From a bacterium (lineage in GTDB: Bacteria; Patescibacteriota; Minisyncoccia; UBA6257; WO2-44-18), in NCBI GenBank assembly GCA_030698695.1, contig JAUYMR010000042.1, forward strand, positions 3,174-67,173: DNA of 64,000 nt, given 5' to 3'. The notes under the pieces are model-generated. The model had not been told where the DNA came from and ran no database searches. It saw only the letters and a program-made list of their open reading frames with translations. The position numbers and the translations under genes were made by a program. Positions 1-10,605 of this stretch are shown here, in pieces (positions within the stretch are counted from its first letter, which is position 1; every line of letters begins with the position of its first letter).

Positions 1-891
1 GCCGATGAAAATGACAAGACCTATGAACGCGCCATTTCGGCTAGAACTTTTGACATCATGCGTGGCTTCCTTCCATTTTCAGCCACAACCTTCGTTGCTT
101 GGACTACTAACTTGCGCCAAGCGGCCGATAGATTGGAAATACTGCGTCACCATCCCCTAGCGGAAATTCGTGAAGTTGTTGAATTAATTTTTGATAATCT
201 TAGAAAGCGTTATCCGAAATCTTTTTCCCACAAAATCCGACCCGAACAAAACGCGTATTGGGAAAAAGTTAATGAAAGTGTTTATTATCAACCCGCATAT
301 GATCCGGGCTTCAGTTTTCAACATTTAATTTGTCAAAGAGATCTGAATCGTTATGCCAACTTGTTCGCCAATAGACCAAATCATGCCGATCTCCCCAATT
401 TCTTGGAAAGTCTCGGACAAATACACATCACTTTTATGCTGGATGGCGGATCTTGGCGAGATCTGCAACGACATCGCGCCTGCATCATCAGAGTTCCACT
501 TTTTGAAACCAAATGGGGATTCTATCCTTGGTATCTGGAACAATTGACGCCCATCCTCAAAGAAGAAGCCGAAAATATCATTAATTTGCAAATCAAGCGT
601 ATTAACAATTTGGACGCCGATCCTATCACTAAACAATATTATTTAGCGATGGGCTTTTCAGCTCCTATGCGCATCGTAGGAGGTCTGCCGGCAATCGTTT
701 ATCTTCTTGAATTGCGCTGTAGCAAAACAGTCCATCCCACTTTGCGTCAGCGGGCGCAAGAGATGGCCAAAGCCTTTATTACCGCCTTTCCCATAATTAA
801 AATATATGCCGATCTTAATCCGCACGACTGGGACATCAAACGCGGCACACAAACAATAACTGACGCTGATGGCCGCGCTATCAGTGATTAA
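1..891 (+). CDS. thyX: ThyX-like FAD-dependent thymidylate synthase, tandem-domain form; 5' end lies upstream of the window
   Basis: The frame is open back to nt 1. The first ~70 aa (..ARTFDIMRGFLPFSATTFVAWTTNLRQAADRLEILRHHPLAEIRE..) match the C-terminal half of ThyX (AR..LP...T..v.tN.R....LR...A..EIR). The remainder repeats a ThyX-like core with 'SWRDLQRHRACII' (RHR motif) and a second 'LLELRCSKTVHPTLRQRAQEMA' segment. Confidence 0.5.
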   Translation, partial: ADENDKTYERAISARTFDIMRGFLPFSATTFVAWTTNLRQAADRLEILRHHPLAEIREVVELIFDNLRKRYPKSFSHKIRPEQNAYWEKVNESVYYQPAYDPGFSFQHLICQRDLNRYANLFANRPNHADLPNFLESLGQIHITFMLDGGSWRDLQRHRACIIRVPLFETKWGFYPWYLEQLTPILKEEAENIINLQIKRINNLDADPITKQYYLAMGFSAPMRIVGGLPAIVYLLELRCSKTVHPTLRQRAQEMAKAFITAFPIIKIYADLNPHDWDIKRGTQTITDADGRAISD

Positions 892-895
892 ACCC

Positions 896-924
896 AAAAC
901 CCCCGACAATCATCGGGGGTTTTT
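896..924. terminator. bidirectional rho-independent terminator between thyX-like (+) and groEL (-)
   Basis: A 7-bp GC stem cccccga/tcggggg (900-906 / 913-919) is flanked by an A-run on one side and ttttt on the other. Confidence 0.75.
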
Positions 925-975
925 AGCTGTTCTCTCACATGTTATCTCTCCAACTAACTATTTAATAATTTCCAG

Positions 976-2706
<1,731 letters not shown>

Positions 2707-2771
2707 TTAAATTCTCTAAATATTTTTTAATTCTGATTTGTTTAGGATTTAGCGTTTCGGATTTATCACGA

Positions 2772-3062
2772 TTATTCTATGATCGCGAGTATATCATCCT
2801 CATCACCAACTAAATATTTTTTACTATCAACCTCTATTTCGTCAGGGCCGTATTTTTTAAACAAAACTACGTCGCCGACCTTGACCGACATAGCTATGCG
2901 CTCTCCTTTCTCATTAAGCTTACCCGGACCTGTTGCCAAAATTTTACCCTTCATCGGCTTCTCTCTTTCAGCCGTATCCGGGATAACAATTCCCGACTTA
3001 GTAGTTTTGTCCTCGCTAACGGGCTCTATAAAAACACGATTTGATAATGGTTTTAAATTCAT
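2772..3062 (-). CDS. groES: co-chaperonin GroES (Cpn10)
   Basis: MNLKPLSNRVFIEP..KTTKSGIVIPDTA..GKILATGPG..VKVGDVVLF is a typical Cpn10 of 96 aa, immediately upstream of groEL. Confidence 0.95.
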   Translation of the reverse strand: MNLKPLSNRVFIEPVSEDKTTKSGIVIPDTAEREKPMKGKILATGPGKLNEKGERIAMSVKVGDVVLFKKYGPDEIEVDSKKYLVGDEDDILAIIE

Positions 3063-3126
3063 ATTTTATTTATATTATTCATTTAAATTAGCTATATTCC
3101 TCCCTGCTGGAAAGTATAATCGCTAT

Positions 3127-3153
3127 CTGGCACTCTCGACCTAAGAGTGCTAA
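3127..3153. promoter_or_regulatory. CIRCE operator (HrcA binding site) upstream of groES
   Basis: cTgGCACTC-tcgacctaa-GAGTGCTAA matches TTAGCACTC-N9-GAGTGCTAA with 2 mismatches in the left arm. It lies between the putative promoter and the groES start. Confidence 0.85.
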
Positions 3154-3159
3154 GAGTAT

Positions 3160-3187
3160 TGTATATTACAACTATTAAAAACGTCAA
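3160..3187 (-). promoter_or_regulatory. sigma70-like promoter for groES-groEL
   Basis: On the minus strand, TTGACG (rc of 3182-3187) is followed after 16 nt by TATACA (rc of 3160-3165), just upstream of CIRCE. Confidence 0.45.
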
Positions 3188-3198
3188 TAGGTTTTGTT

Positions 3199-3224
3199 AA
3201 AAACAGCCCCGCTAAACGGGGCTG
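3199..3224 (-). terminator. rho-independent terminator of the upstream gene (3231-3668)
   Basis: An 8-bp stem cagccccg/cggggctg with loop ctaaa is followed on the minus strand by a U-run (plus-strand aaaaa at 3199-3203). Confidence 0.7.
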
Positions 3225-3230
3225 TGGGGG

Positions 3231-3668
3231 CTACAACAAATCAACTCTAATCTTGTGACGAAAGAAAGGACGCCTGGATTTTCTATCTTTTAAAACCCAG
3301 TAGAAAATCTTTTTAACATCTCTTACTACGCGCTTATCGGAATAACTGATCTTTACCAATAAACATAATGTATTGCGACTGAATTTGGAGTTGCGCAAAA
3401 ACGTCTCATAAGATCTGTCCGTAGATTTAATCTGAAGAACGAATACGCGTCTCATAATCTTTGGACGTCTGAGACTTCGTTTTTCAAAGACAACTACAAT
3501 ATCAACCTTTTTAGCGTCAAGTCTGCTAATTTTTTTAGACGCGTGCCGGTAGGTTCGGGCGGCCCTAACAATGGACCATCCGCGAAAAGCTTGATGAGCA
3601 GTCTGCAAACTCAAAATCGCCTGCAAACATCTTTCTTCTGCCCGCAATCCAGCTTCTACCACTAGCAA
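3231..3668 (-). CDS. hypothetical small basic protein (Lys/Arg-rich)
   Basis: A 145-aa ORF ending at its own terminator. Composition is very basic (..RHASKKISRLDAKKVDIVVVFEKRSLRRPKIMRR..). It resembles RnpA only loosely, so it is not assigned. Confidence 0.4.
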   Translation of the reverse strand: MLVVEAGLRAEERCLQAILSLQTAHQAFRGWSIVRAARTYRHASKKISRLDAKKVDIVVVFEKRSLRRPKIMRRVFVLQIKSTDRSYETFLRNSKFSRNTLCLLVKISYSDKRVVRDVKKIFYWVLKDRKSRRPFFRHKIRVDLL

Positions 3669-3744
3669 ACTCCTTTATCTCGTTTTGTTTTAAAACTTCT
3701 AAGATCAATCTATAACAAACAAAAAATAATTGCAATCTTTTTAA

Positions 3745-4449
3745 TTACCACCCCTCTTGTCGTTGATACTCAGCAATTCTTCTAGTGTCAGGATGAAATT
3801 CCAATTCAGCATCGCCATATTTAATACGCGGCTCATAGCCGGGCCTGTCCGTCTTAAGACTTCGCTCAATTTTTCTAGTTTGAATTGTTTTAAAATATTT
3901 CTCTATTTTATTCCCCAACCAGCCCGCTAAAATGGTTTCTAAAAATCTCTTATCTATAGCTCCCGACCTGCCATCATATCTTAAATCATCTTCTAAAATA
4001 ACCGATTCCCCCAACCAATCATGATTAGCCGCCCAAAAATCATCAATCATATTCGCATCTCCAAAAATAGGAACTAAATTTTTATAAAGTTTCTGCCAAT
4101 AATAATTGTGAGGTGGCGACAACCGCCACGATTGATTAGTTACAAAATGATTAAGGCATATTTTATCGGCTGCCGATTCTTTATGGCTTAATTTACGCCT
4201 GCGCCAACCCAACAATCCCAGAACAACAACGGCCACAGCCCGGGCGGTAAAAATCCTGCCTTGTTTTACGCTTATCAAAACGTCAAAATCAGAACTCTCA
4301 TGAACATTGCCAGTAGCCAATGACCCGGCCGCTAAAACAAAATCCACGAAGGGCAAATGACGAAAAATCCAAGTACGTTTTGAAAGTTTGCGCCACTTTA
4401 TATCATAAAGCACTTGTTGTTGCCGTCGCTTCACAATATCTTTATCCAT
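3745..4449 (-). CDS. nucleotidyltransferase-fold protein (minimal NTase, GS..D.D motif)
   Basis: 'AAGSLATGNVHESSDFDVLI' fits the GS-x9-13-DxD polymerase-beta-like NTase signature. Confidence 0.55.
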   Translation of the reverse strand: MDKDIVKRRQQQVLYDIKWRKLSKRTWIFRHLPFVDFVLAAGSLATGNVHESSDFDVLISVKQGRIFTARAVAVVVLGLLGWRRRKLSHKESAADKICLNHFVTNQSWRLSPPHNYYWQKLYKNLVPIFGDANMIDDFWAANHDWLGESVILEDDLRYDGRSGAIDKRFLETILAGWLGNKIEKYFKTIQTRKIERSLKTDRPGYEPRIKYGDAELEFHPDTRRIAEYQRQEGW

Positions 4450-4455
4450 AAAAAA

Positions 4456-5514
4456 CTAGCCGTCAGCTTCGCTGGCTGGCTTTTCTAATTGCTGAACCTC
4501 AATACCAACCGCGTCACCGGTTATCTTTAAAACATCTTTATCTATTTTGCCAAATTCCTTATAAGCATGGTTATACATACTGACTGTTGTGCTAAGATTT
4601 TTGCCCAATTTATCCATATAATTATCATAACTACCGAGATGCTTGCCCAAATTTTCAACTTGTTTAACAATTTCCTTGGCTTGTTCGGAAATCTTTTGAT
4701 TGCGCAAACCCTGCAATACCGTTTGCAGATAAGCCGTAAACGACGTCGGCGAAACAACGATAACTTTTTTCTGACCAGCGTAATTAATTAAATTTCTTGT
4801 TTCGTCCGTAACGGCGCCAACTTTATTTATTAATAAATCGTAATAAATAGCTTCCGAGGGGATGAACATAAAAGCGAAATCCATTGTATTTTCTTCTGGC
4901 TTCACATACTTTGATGTCTCATCAATGCGAATCTTAATATCAGAGACCAATGCCGCTTCATATTTTTTCTTTTCCGTAGGATCGCGAGCTTCTAAAATAC
5001 GATTATAATTCTCCAAACTAAACTTAGAATCAATGGGGATTATTCTTTTATCAACAAATACAACCGCGTCAACAATCACGCCATCGCTAAAACCATACTG
5101 CATCTGATAAGACCCGGGTGGCAATACGTTTTTTAGAACTGTTTCCAGATAATACTCTCCCAAAATGCCGCGTTGTTTTGGATTTTTTAAAATGTCTTGC
5201 AAATTTTGTAATTGATCGGCAAAGCTAATAACTTGCCGGTTGGTTTCGTCAAGTTTGGTCAAGCGCTCAGTTACGTCGCGAATGATTTTAGCAGACTCAG
5301 AAAATTGATGCCGCACAGCTTCTTGAGTCTGGCGAGAAGATTCGCCCATCTTAGAATCCAATGTACGGGCGATTTCATTAAGCTGATTTTGCAACAATAA
5401 TAGAGATTTATCTTCGGTTGGTTTCTGCGATGATTGTTTTTTTATAAACGAAAAAAGAACCGCGAAGCCCACGATTACAGCTGTCAATATAACTATAAAA
5501 AATGTCCATTGCAT
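4456..5514 (-). CDS. rmuC: DNA recombination protein RmuC
   Basis: N-terminal TM helix, long coiled-coil, then the conserved RmuC C-terminal region (..GILGEYYLETVLKNVLPPGSY..DAVVFVDKRIIPIDSKF..). Confidence 0.8.
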   Translation of the reverse strand: MQWTFFIVILTAVIVGFAVLFSFIKKQSSQKPTEDKSLLLLQNQLNEIARTLDSKMGESSRQTQEAVRHQFSESAKIIRDVTERLTKLDETNRQVISFADQLQNLQDILKNPKQRGILGEYYLETVLKNVLPPGSYQMQYGFSDGVIVDAVVFVDKRIIPIDSKFSLENYNRILEARDPTEKKKYEAALVSDIKIRIDETSKYVKPEENTMDFAFMFIPSEAIYYDLLINKVGAVTDETRNLINYAGQKKVIVVSPTSFTAYLQTVLQGLRNQKISEQAKEIVKQVENLGKHLGSYDNYMDKLGKNLSTTVSMYNHAYKEFGKIDKDVLKITGDAVGIEVQQLEKPASEADG

Positions 5515-5649
5515 AACTTAATAATAGCATAGCTCCTCAAATGAAAAACCCTCTCTCAATAAATACCCTGGGCAATAATTCTTCGCCTTTTTTTATCGCA
5601 GGTGGCAAAAAGCTTAAGTTTCAAAGCAATCTTAGCTTATCACGCAATT

Positions 5650-5678
5650 GAAAAGAGCGCCCTCACAGCGCTCTTTTC
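5650..5678. terminator. strong hairpin, probable terminator in the 338-bp intergenic region
   Basis: An 11-bp perfect stem gaaaagagcgc/gcgctcttttc with a 7-nt loop has U-rich flanks on both strands. Confidence 0.55.
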
Positions 5679-5852
5679 AATTAGTTTTCTTCACCGAGTC
5701 AGACTCGGTTTAGTCTAACTCACCCTGTTATGACAAGTCTCATAAACAAAGTAACACGTATGTGTACTATCAATAGTAGCATATTGATAATATATAATAA
5801 AATCCCCTTGTGGATAACTCCAAATTCACGCGATTAGTAATTTAAAATCACT

Positions 5853-6419
5853 CTACGCACTCAACACTACGAGGCCAACTATCAAGATGCCCACAAAATT
5901 CGCGATAAACGACAGCCATATGAAAGATTTTACGCTTAACTTTGAAATTCCCATCATGGCCAATCCAATCTCATCTGGCAACGGCGAGGCCACTAATAAA
6001 AATCCCAATATGGGCAATAGACGATGCCAAAACGCCATTTTCATAATATGCCTCCACCCCTTATCGTCGCCACCGTTAATTAAAGCCATAAAATCATCGG
6101 AAATGCGGTCTTTTACAAAACTGAATAATATAAAATCGCCCACCACAGAGCCAATGGCTCCAACAATCACGACCGGCCACAGACCAATATCCGCAACTAA
6201 GGCGGCTAGAGTCGCCACCGCCACACCAACCGTCAATACTGATGTAAAAAACATACCGGCTATAAAGATGGCCAAAAACTCAAACTCTTTTGATTGCGCC
6301 AATATCGCGTCAACAACTCCTAATTTCACCAAAAATATAGCCAACAAAACACCCACCAACAGGATAATAAAATTGCGCTGGAGATGACGCTTTATTTCGG
6401 CCGGACTAGTTTTCTGCAT
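5853..6419 (-). CDS. hypothetical polytopic membrane protein
   Basis: 188 aa with about 5 hydrophobic helices. Its 3' end overlaps the PPIase gene start by 14 nt. Confidence 0.5.
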   Translation of the reverse strand: MQKTSPAEIKRHLQRNFIILLVGVLLAIFLVKLGVVDAILAQSKEFEFLAIFIAGMFFTSVLTVGVAVATLAALVADIGLWPVVIVGAIGSVVGDFILFSFVKDRISDDFMALINGGDDKGWRHIMKMAFWHRLLPILGFLLVASPLPDEIGLAMMGISKLSVKSFIWLSFIANFVGILIVGLVVLSA

Positions 6420-7032
6420 TAATAACTATTTTCTCTAACACTATATCTTTCAGCGGCAACGACAATTCGCCGGCGCCATTATATGTCACTGAGGTATCGG
6501 CTATAGCATCCAATACGTCCCAACCATCTATAACTTGTCCGAAAATCACATAATTTTTGGGCAATGGATAATCTTGATGCATAATAAAAAACTGACTACC
6601 GTTAGTATCTGGACCGGCATTGGCCATGGCTACTATGCCGCGTTTATAATCTCTGGCGATAGATTCATCAGGAAATCTGTAGCCCGGCCCTCCAGTACCA
6701 TCGCCTTTAGGATCACCGCCTTGAATCATAAAATTTTTAATAACGCGATGAAACTTGGTATTGTCATAAAAATTCTGCTGGGCTAAAAAGACGAAGTTAT
6801 TAACCGTTACCGGAACTTCCTCGGTAAAAAGCTCTATCTTAATATTGCCCCCCGAAGTAAACAATTCAGCGATATACTGCTTATCTCTATCAATGGTAAA
6901 TAACGGGGGCTCCTGCCAATTTTTGATCATATTATCTGATGTCATATTTGATTTATTCAACCAATTATTCGCGACTACAATTAGTATTATTATGCCGATC
7001 AAGACGATTATATAGTTTATTATAGTTTTCAT
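6406..7032 (-). CDS. ppiB: peptidyl-prolyl cis-trans isomerase, cyclophilin type, membrane-anchored or secreted
   Basis: Cyclophilin core motifs are present (FHRVIKNFMIQGGDP.GDGTGGPGY.F.DE, MANAGPDTNGSQFFI). The N-terminus is hydrophobic. Confidence 0.9.
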   Translation of the reverse strand: MKTIINYIIVLIGIIILIVVANNWLNKSNMTSDNMIKNWQEPPLFTIDRDKQYIAELFTSGGNIKIELFTEEVPVTVNNFVFLAQQNFYDNTKFHRVIKNFMIQGGDPKGDGTGGPGYRFPDESIARDYKRGIVAMANAGPDTNGSQFFIMHQDYPLPKNYVIFGQVIDGWDVLDAIADTSVTYNGAGELSLPLKDIVLEKIVINAEN

Positions 7033-7036
7033 ATTT

Positions 7037-7648
7037 CTATTTAAACACCACTAATCTATAAGCCATAAAATTCCACAGCAACGAAGGCGCTACTGCTATT
7101 AATTTAGCAATATTTTCCCAAAGAGGCAAAGAAATACCAGTCAGCTGTATAAACGTCGTAAGTCCATAAACGATAGCTGTATTTATAACCAATCCCCCAA
7201 AACTAGCCAAAACAAACTTGATATATTCACCTCTGTTGATGGGGTCCACATTTCTAAAGGTCCAAAATTTATTAAAAATATAACTATTGGTAACAGCTAT
7301 AGAAAAAGAAATCACATTAAAAATAATAATCATCGGTCCTTGATAAACTTGAAATATTAAACTCAATAAGTTTAATATGCTGAGATCCAAAATGGCGTTA
7401 AATGAACCAATGGCGGCGAATTTTGTAAACTGCCACATAGCCGGCCAATTATGACCCGTAATTCCACCCACCCATAAAGCCGCGTTAGCAAAAATAAAAA
7501 AAGACATCACCAACAGGCCGACGTTTAAAAAGGTTAATGACCAAAACCCGGGATTAATATTTTCCAACACCGGAACCAACAAAATCCCAAAACCAATACC
7601 TATTAAGGAAACTAAAAAATAATCGTTTTTTGCGGCAACGGAGTTCAT
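7037..7648 (-). CDS. GtrA-family membrane protein
   Basis: Four TM helices and the GtrA-like 'NSYIFNKFWTFRN' motif. Confidence 0.6.
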   Translation of the reverse strand: MNSVAAKNDYFLVSLIGIGFGILLVPVLENINPGFWSLTFLNVGLLVMSFFIFANAALWVGGITGHNWPAMWQFTKFAAIGSFNAILDLSILNLLSLIFQVYQGPMIIIFNVISFSIAVTNSYIFNKFWTFRNVDPINRGEYIKFVLASFGGLVINTAIVYGLTTFIQLTGISLPLWENIAKLIAVAPSLLWNFMAYRLVVFK

Positions 7649-8310
7649 GTAAATCTTTTCAAAAAATTGATTATTTTTTCTGACAGCTCTTGATGAGTTT
7701 CCAATAAATCCGTACCGTGACCACCGCTTCTATAAATCATCACCTCTTTGACAATATTTACAGACACTAACTTGGCTAGCTGTTGATTCATAGTCGCGCA
7801 ATTACCACCAGAACGATTATCGTCTTCACTGGCTACCAACACAATCCCCTGCCCTGAAGCCAATTTAGGCACGAAGGCTGCCGCATTAACACCGTGATAA
7901 TTTAAGCCGGCAGATAATAAAACCGCCGCCCTGGCGCTATGATATTCAGCTAAATACCGCAGAGACAAATTGGCGCCGATAGAAGCGCCTACCAAAAAAA
8001 TATTTTTATCAACAGCGCCAAATCTCTTTAGCTGTTCTGTGGCGGCCACTAAATCCAAAAAACTTTTTTGATGATCGTCATCGCTAAAATCCCTATAGCC
8101 ATCCGGCCCCCCATCGGATTGGCCATGACCACGCAAATCTATAGCTATGGAAGCTAGATTATATTTTTGAGCTAGGGTAGCAAAGTTAACCCAAGACTCT
8201 TTAGTGGCCGGCATCATATGAACTAATAACAAATAGCCAACTGGTTTATCAACCGGATAATAATTATAGGCAATCCTAATATTATCTGTTGTTTGTAAAA
8301 AACTAGGCAT
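7645..8310 (-). CDS. alpha/beta-hydrolase (dienelactone hydrolase/esterase-like)
   Basis: A GxSxG nucleophile elbow (LVGASIGANL), HGQSDG, and the length of 221 aa fit this fold. Confidence 0.75.
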   Translation of the reverse strand: MPSFLQTTDNIRIAYNYYPVDKPVGYLLLVHMMPATKESWVNFATLAQKYNLASIAIDLRGHGQSDGGPDGYRDFSDDDHQKSFLDLVAATEQLKRFGAVDKNIFLVGASIGANLSLRYLAEYHSARAAVLLSAGLNYHGVNAAAFVPKLASGQGIVLVASEDDNRSGGNCATMNQQLAKLVSVNIVKEVMIYRSGGHGTDLLETHQELSEKIINFLKRFT

Positions 8311-8349
8311 AAATATGCAATCTACGATTAAACCATCGGATTATTGCTT

Positions 8350-9102
8350 CTATCTAATTTCGTAAGTCACGCTAATCACAACGTTGAGCTCCTGGCTCCC
8401 AGGCTCAATAGTCGGAGCCATGGCCATATCCTCAGCTACAGCGCCACCCAAAGCTCTATAAATGGGCCCTGGCGGATAATATCCTTGAGATTCAGAAAAG
8501 GTAACCACTCTTTTTATACTCACGCCATTTTGTTTGGCCATAACTTTGGCCTTAGAATAAGCCTTGGCGAAAGCCTCAGCTCGAGCCTGATTAAGATAAA
8601 CATCTTGATCATCAACCTCAAATCGCAACTGACCTATTTCATTTACCCCTAAATTGGGTAGTCCGGCCAAAATAAATGAAATTTTAGAGAAGTCTCTTAT
8701 CTTTAGAGACACGCCTTGAACTAACTGATATCCCGAAATAAAAGTCTGACGCCTCTCTTTATCATATTCATAGCGCGGGTAAAGATTATACTGCGAGGTT
8801 TGAATATCGTCTGATTTGATTCCTTGATCTTTTACAAAATCAATCGCCGCGTTAATCTTCTGCGTATTATTTTCCTGAATCTTTACCGGATCAACTCCTT
8901 CTGAAATTACAGAAAAACTCACTTGGGCTATGTCCGGAGTTGCCACCGCCTTACCCTCAGCTGAAACCATAATTGTTCTTGATGGAGCTAAAGATGATCC
9001 ATAACTACCAACCACCTTAACGCCATACAGCATACCCACTATTAATACCGCCAAACCAACATTGATTAATGTCCAGAATATATTTTTTGAATCCAATCTC
9101 AT
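8350..9102 (-). CDS. SIMPL/DUF541-domain protein (26-kDa periplasmic immunogenic protein family), membrane-anchored
   Basis: N-terminal TM helix, then ..AQVSFSV..A.SA..A..N..K....I..L...GI...DIQT..Y.L.P.Y.Y.., the typical SIMPL layout. Confidence 0.7.
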   Translation of the reverse strand: MRLDSKNIFWTLINVGLAVLIVGMLYGVKVVGSYGSSLAPSRTIMVSAEGKAVATPDIAQVSFSVISEGVDPVKIQENNTQKINAAIDFVKDQGIKSDDIQTSQYNLYPRYEYDKERRQTFISGYQLVQGVSLKIRDFSKISFILAGLPNLGVNEIGQLRFEVDDQDVYLNQARAEAFAKAYSKAKVMAKQNGVSIKRVVTFSESQGYYPPGPIYRALGGAVAEDMAMAPTIEPGSQELNVVISVTYEIR

Positions 9103-9113
9103 ATTTTTTATAT

Positions 9114-9845
9114 TTAATAATTTTTGGCTATTGCGACTATTTTTTTAATTTCATCTGATTTCAAGCTCGCGCCACCAACCAAAGCGCCGTCAATATCTTG
9201 ATTTTTTAAAAAATCATCGGCATTAATACTCGTAACAGATCCTCCATAAATAATTTTAGCATTTAACGAGGAATTAATGGCGTGTATGGTTTTTTTAATA
9301 AACTTGGTTATCTCAACGGTATCGGCCGGGACATCTGGAACACCAGTTCCTATGGCCCAAATCGGCTCATAAGCGATAACGATGTCTAATTGGTTGATCT
9401 CTGAATCGATTAAATAACTCAAACCTGTTTTTAATTCGCGCTCAATCACGGCCTTAGTTTGACCGCTATCGTGTTCGCTCTTGGTCTCGCCAACGCATAG
9501 AATCGGTTTTAACCCGACATCAATAACTGCTTTTATTTTTTTAGCTATCATTTCGTCGGTTTCTCCAAGATTCTGTCGCCGCTCGGAATGGCCGATGATA
9601 ACATATTTAGCGCCAAGATTCTGAAGCTGTGTTGCGGAAACCTCGCCCGTGTAAGCGCCCGCCGTTTCCCAAAACACATCTTGAGATCCCAAAACAGCGT
9701 TTTTAATACTATCTCCAACACTATTTATAAAAATAAACGGCGGACAAATGATTAACCCAGCGACATCACTATTAGTAGCTAATTCCACGGCTTCCCCTAT
9801 TGAATGCGGGTTCATTTTCCAATTCGCTACGACTAATTTACTCAT
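9114..9845 (-). CDS. tpiA: triose-phosphate isomerase
   Basis: VVANWKMN.., IGHSERR and AYEPIWAIGTG are the TIM signatures. Confidence 0.95.
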   Translation of the reverse strand: MSKLVVANWKMNPHSIGEAVELATNSDVAGLIICPPFIFINSVGDSIKNAVLGSQDVFWETAGAYTGEVSATQLQNLGAKYVIIGHSERRQNLGETDEMIAKKIKAVIDVGLKPILCVGETKSEHDSGQTKAVIERELKTGLSYLIDSEINQLDIVIAYEPIWAIGTGVPDVPADTVEITKFIKKTIHAINSSLNAKIIYGGSVTSINADDFLKNQDIDGALVGGASLKSDEIKKIVAIAKNY

Positions 9846-9950
9846 TGTAACTAATTATAACACGTCCTTAATGTAGATTTACGGCAATAGACAAAAAATG
9901 GCGACTATCACTTCTCGCGGGAAAATTCATAATATCTTCAATGGTTATTC

Positions 9951-10025
9951 TGGTGCCAGGGGCGAGGATCGAACTCGCGACCTGACGCTTATGAAACGTC
10001 TGCTCTGCCACTGAGCTACCCTGGC
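9951..10025 (-). tRNA. tRNA-Met/Ile2 (anticodon CAT), CCA encoded
   Basis: rc = GCCAGGGTAGCTCAGTGGCAGAGCAGACGTTTCATAAGCGTCAGGTCGCGAGTTCGATCCTCGCCCCTGGCACCA. It folds as a cloverleaf with anticodon loop TTCATAA and a GTTCGAT T-loop. Confidence 0.85.
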
Positions 10026-10158
10026 ATATATCGTTGAAAATAATTCTATAAAACATCCACCCCATTATTGAACTACGCCGGCCTGTATTATTAGCTATAT
10101 CAGAGACAAGCAAAATAACAGCTAAAACTATTATAACCATTAACCATCAAAATACAAC

Positions 10159-10530
10159 TTATGATAAAAATTCTTTGACTCGTTTGCTGAGCTCTTCCAA
10201 TGAACAATTGGCCTTGACTATGTAGGCATCGACTTTAAGACCCATGCTTTCTAACGATTCCTCTTGGCCGGAAAGATTGGTAAAAACAAAAACCGGCGTA
10301 TTAACAAACGGAGACTGTGGGTCGCGTATTTTCTTCAACACATCAGTACCCGGCATTTCTGGTAAAATTATATCCAACAATATGAGGTCTGGCTTAAACT
10401 GACTAAGCTTATCTACTGCTTGCAAACCGTCAGTCGCGATATCAATTTCATAACCATCACTACGCAGGCTATCCGCGATAGCGTTAGCTAATATCTTTTC
10501 ATCTTCTACTACTAAAATTTTCTTGCCCAT
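10159..10530 (-). CDS. stand-alone response-regulator receiver (CheY-like, no output domain)
   Basis: MGKKILVVEDEKILA..D..PDLILLDIILPEM.G..VLKKIR.. carries the conserved D..D..K receiver residues in only 124 aa. Confidence 0.88.
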   Translation of the reverse strand: MGKKILVVEDEKILANAIADSLRSDGYEIDIATDGLQAVDKLSQFKPDLILLDIILPEMPGTDVLKKIRDPQSPFVNTPVFVFTNLSGQEESLESMGLKVDAYIVKANCSLEELSKRVKEFLS

Positions 10531-10605
10531 AAATTTATTCTTTTTAGCAAATATATTTTTAAAAAATGACCACTTGTTCATATTATAACACAAAATATTA
10601 ATTTG

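Noticed and set aside
3231-3668. Possible RNase P protein component (rnpA) assignment for the basic 145-aa ORF
   Set aside because: There is only a loose resemblance (SKKI..., VDIVVVF). The order of motifs does not fit RnpA, so it is left as hypothetical.
9868-10140. ORFs overlapping tRNA genes (9868-10140, 48043-48237, 51221-51484, 57259-57522, 54248-54436, 54376-54642, 54490-54702)
   Set aside because: Each spans a clear tRNA cloverleaf, and the translated products are nonsense or low-complexity.
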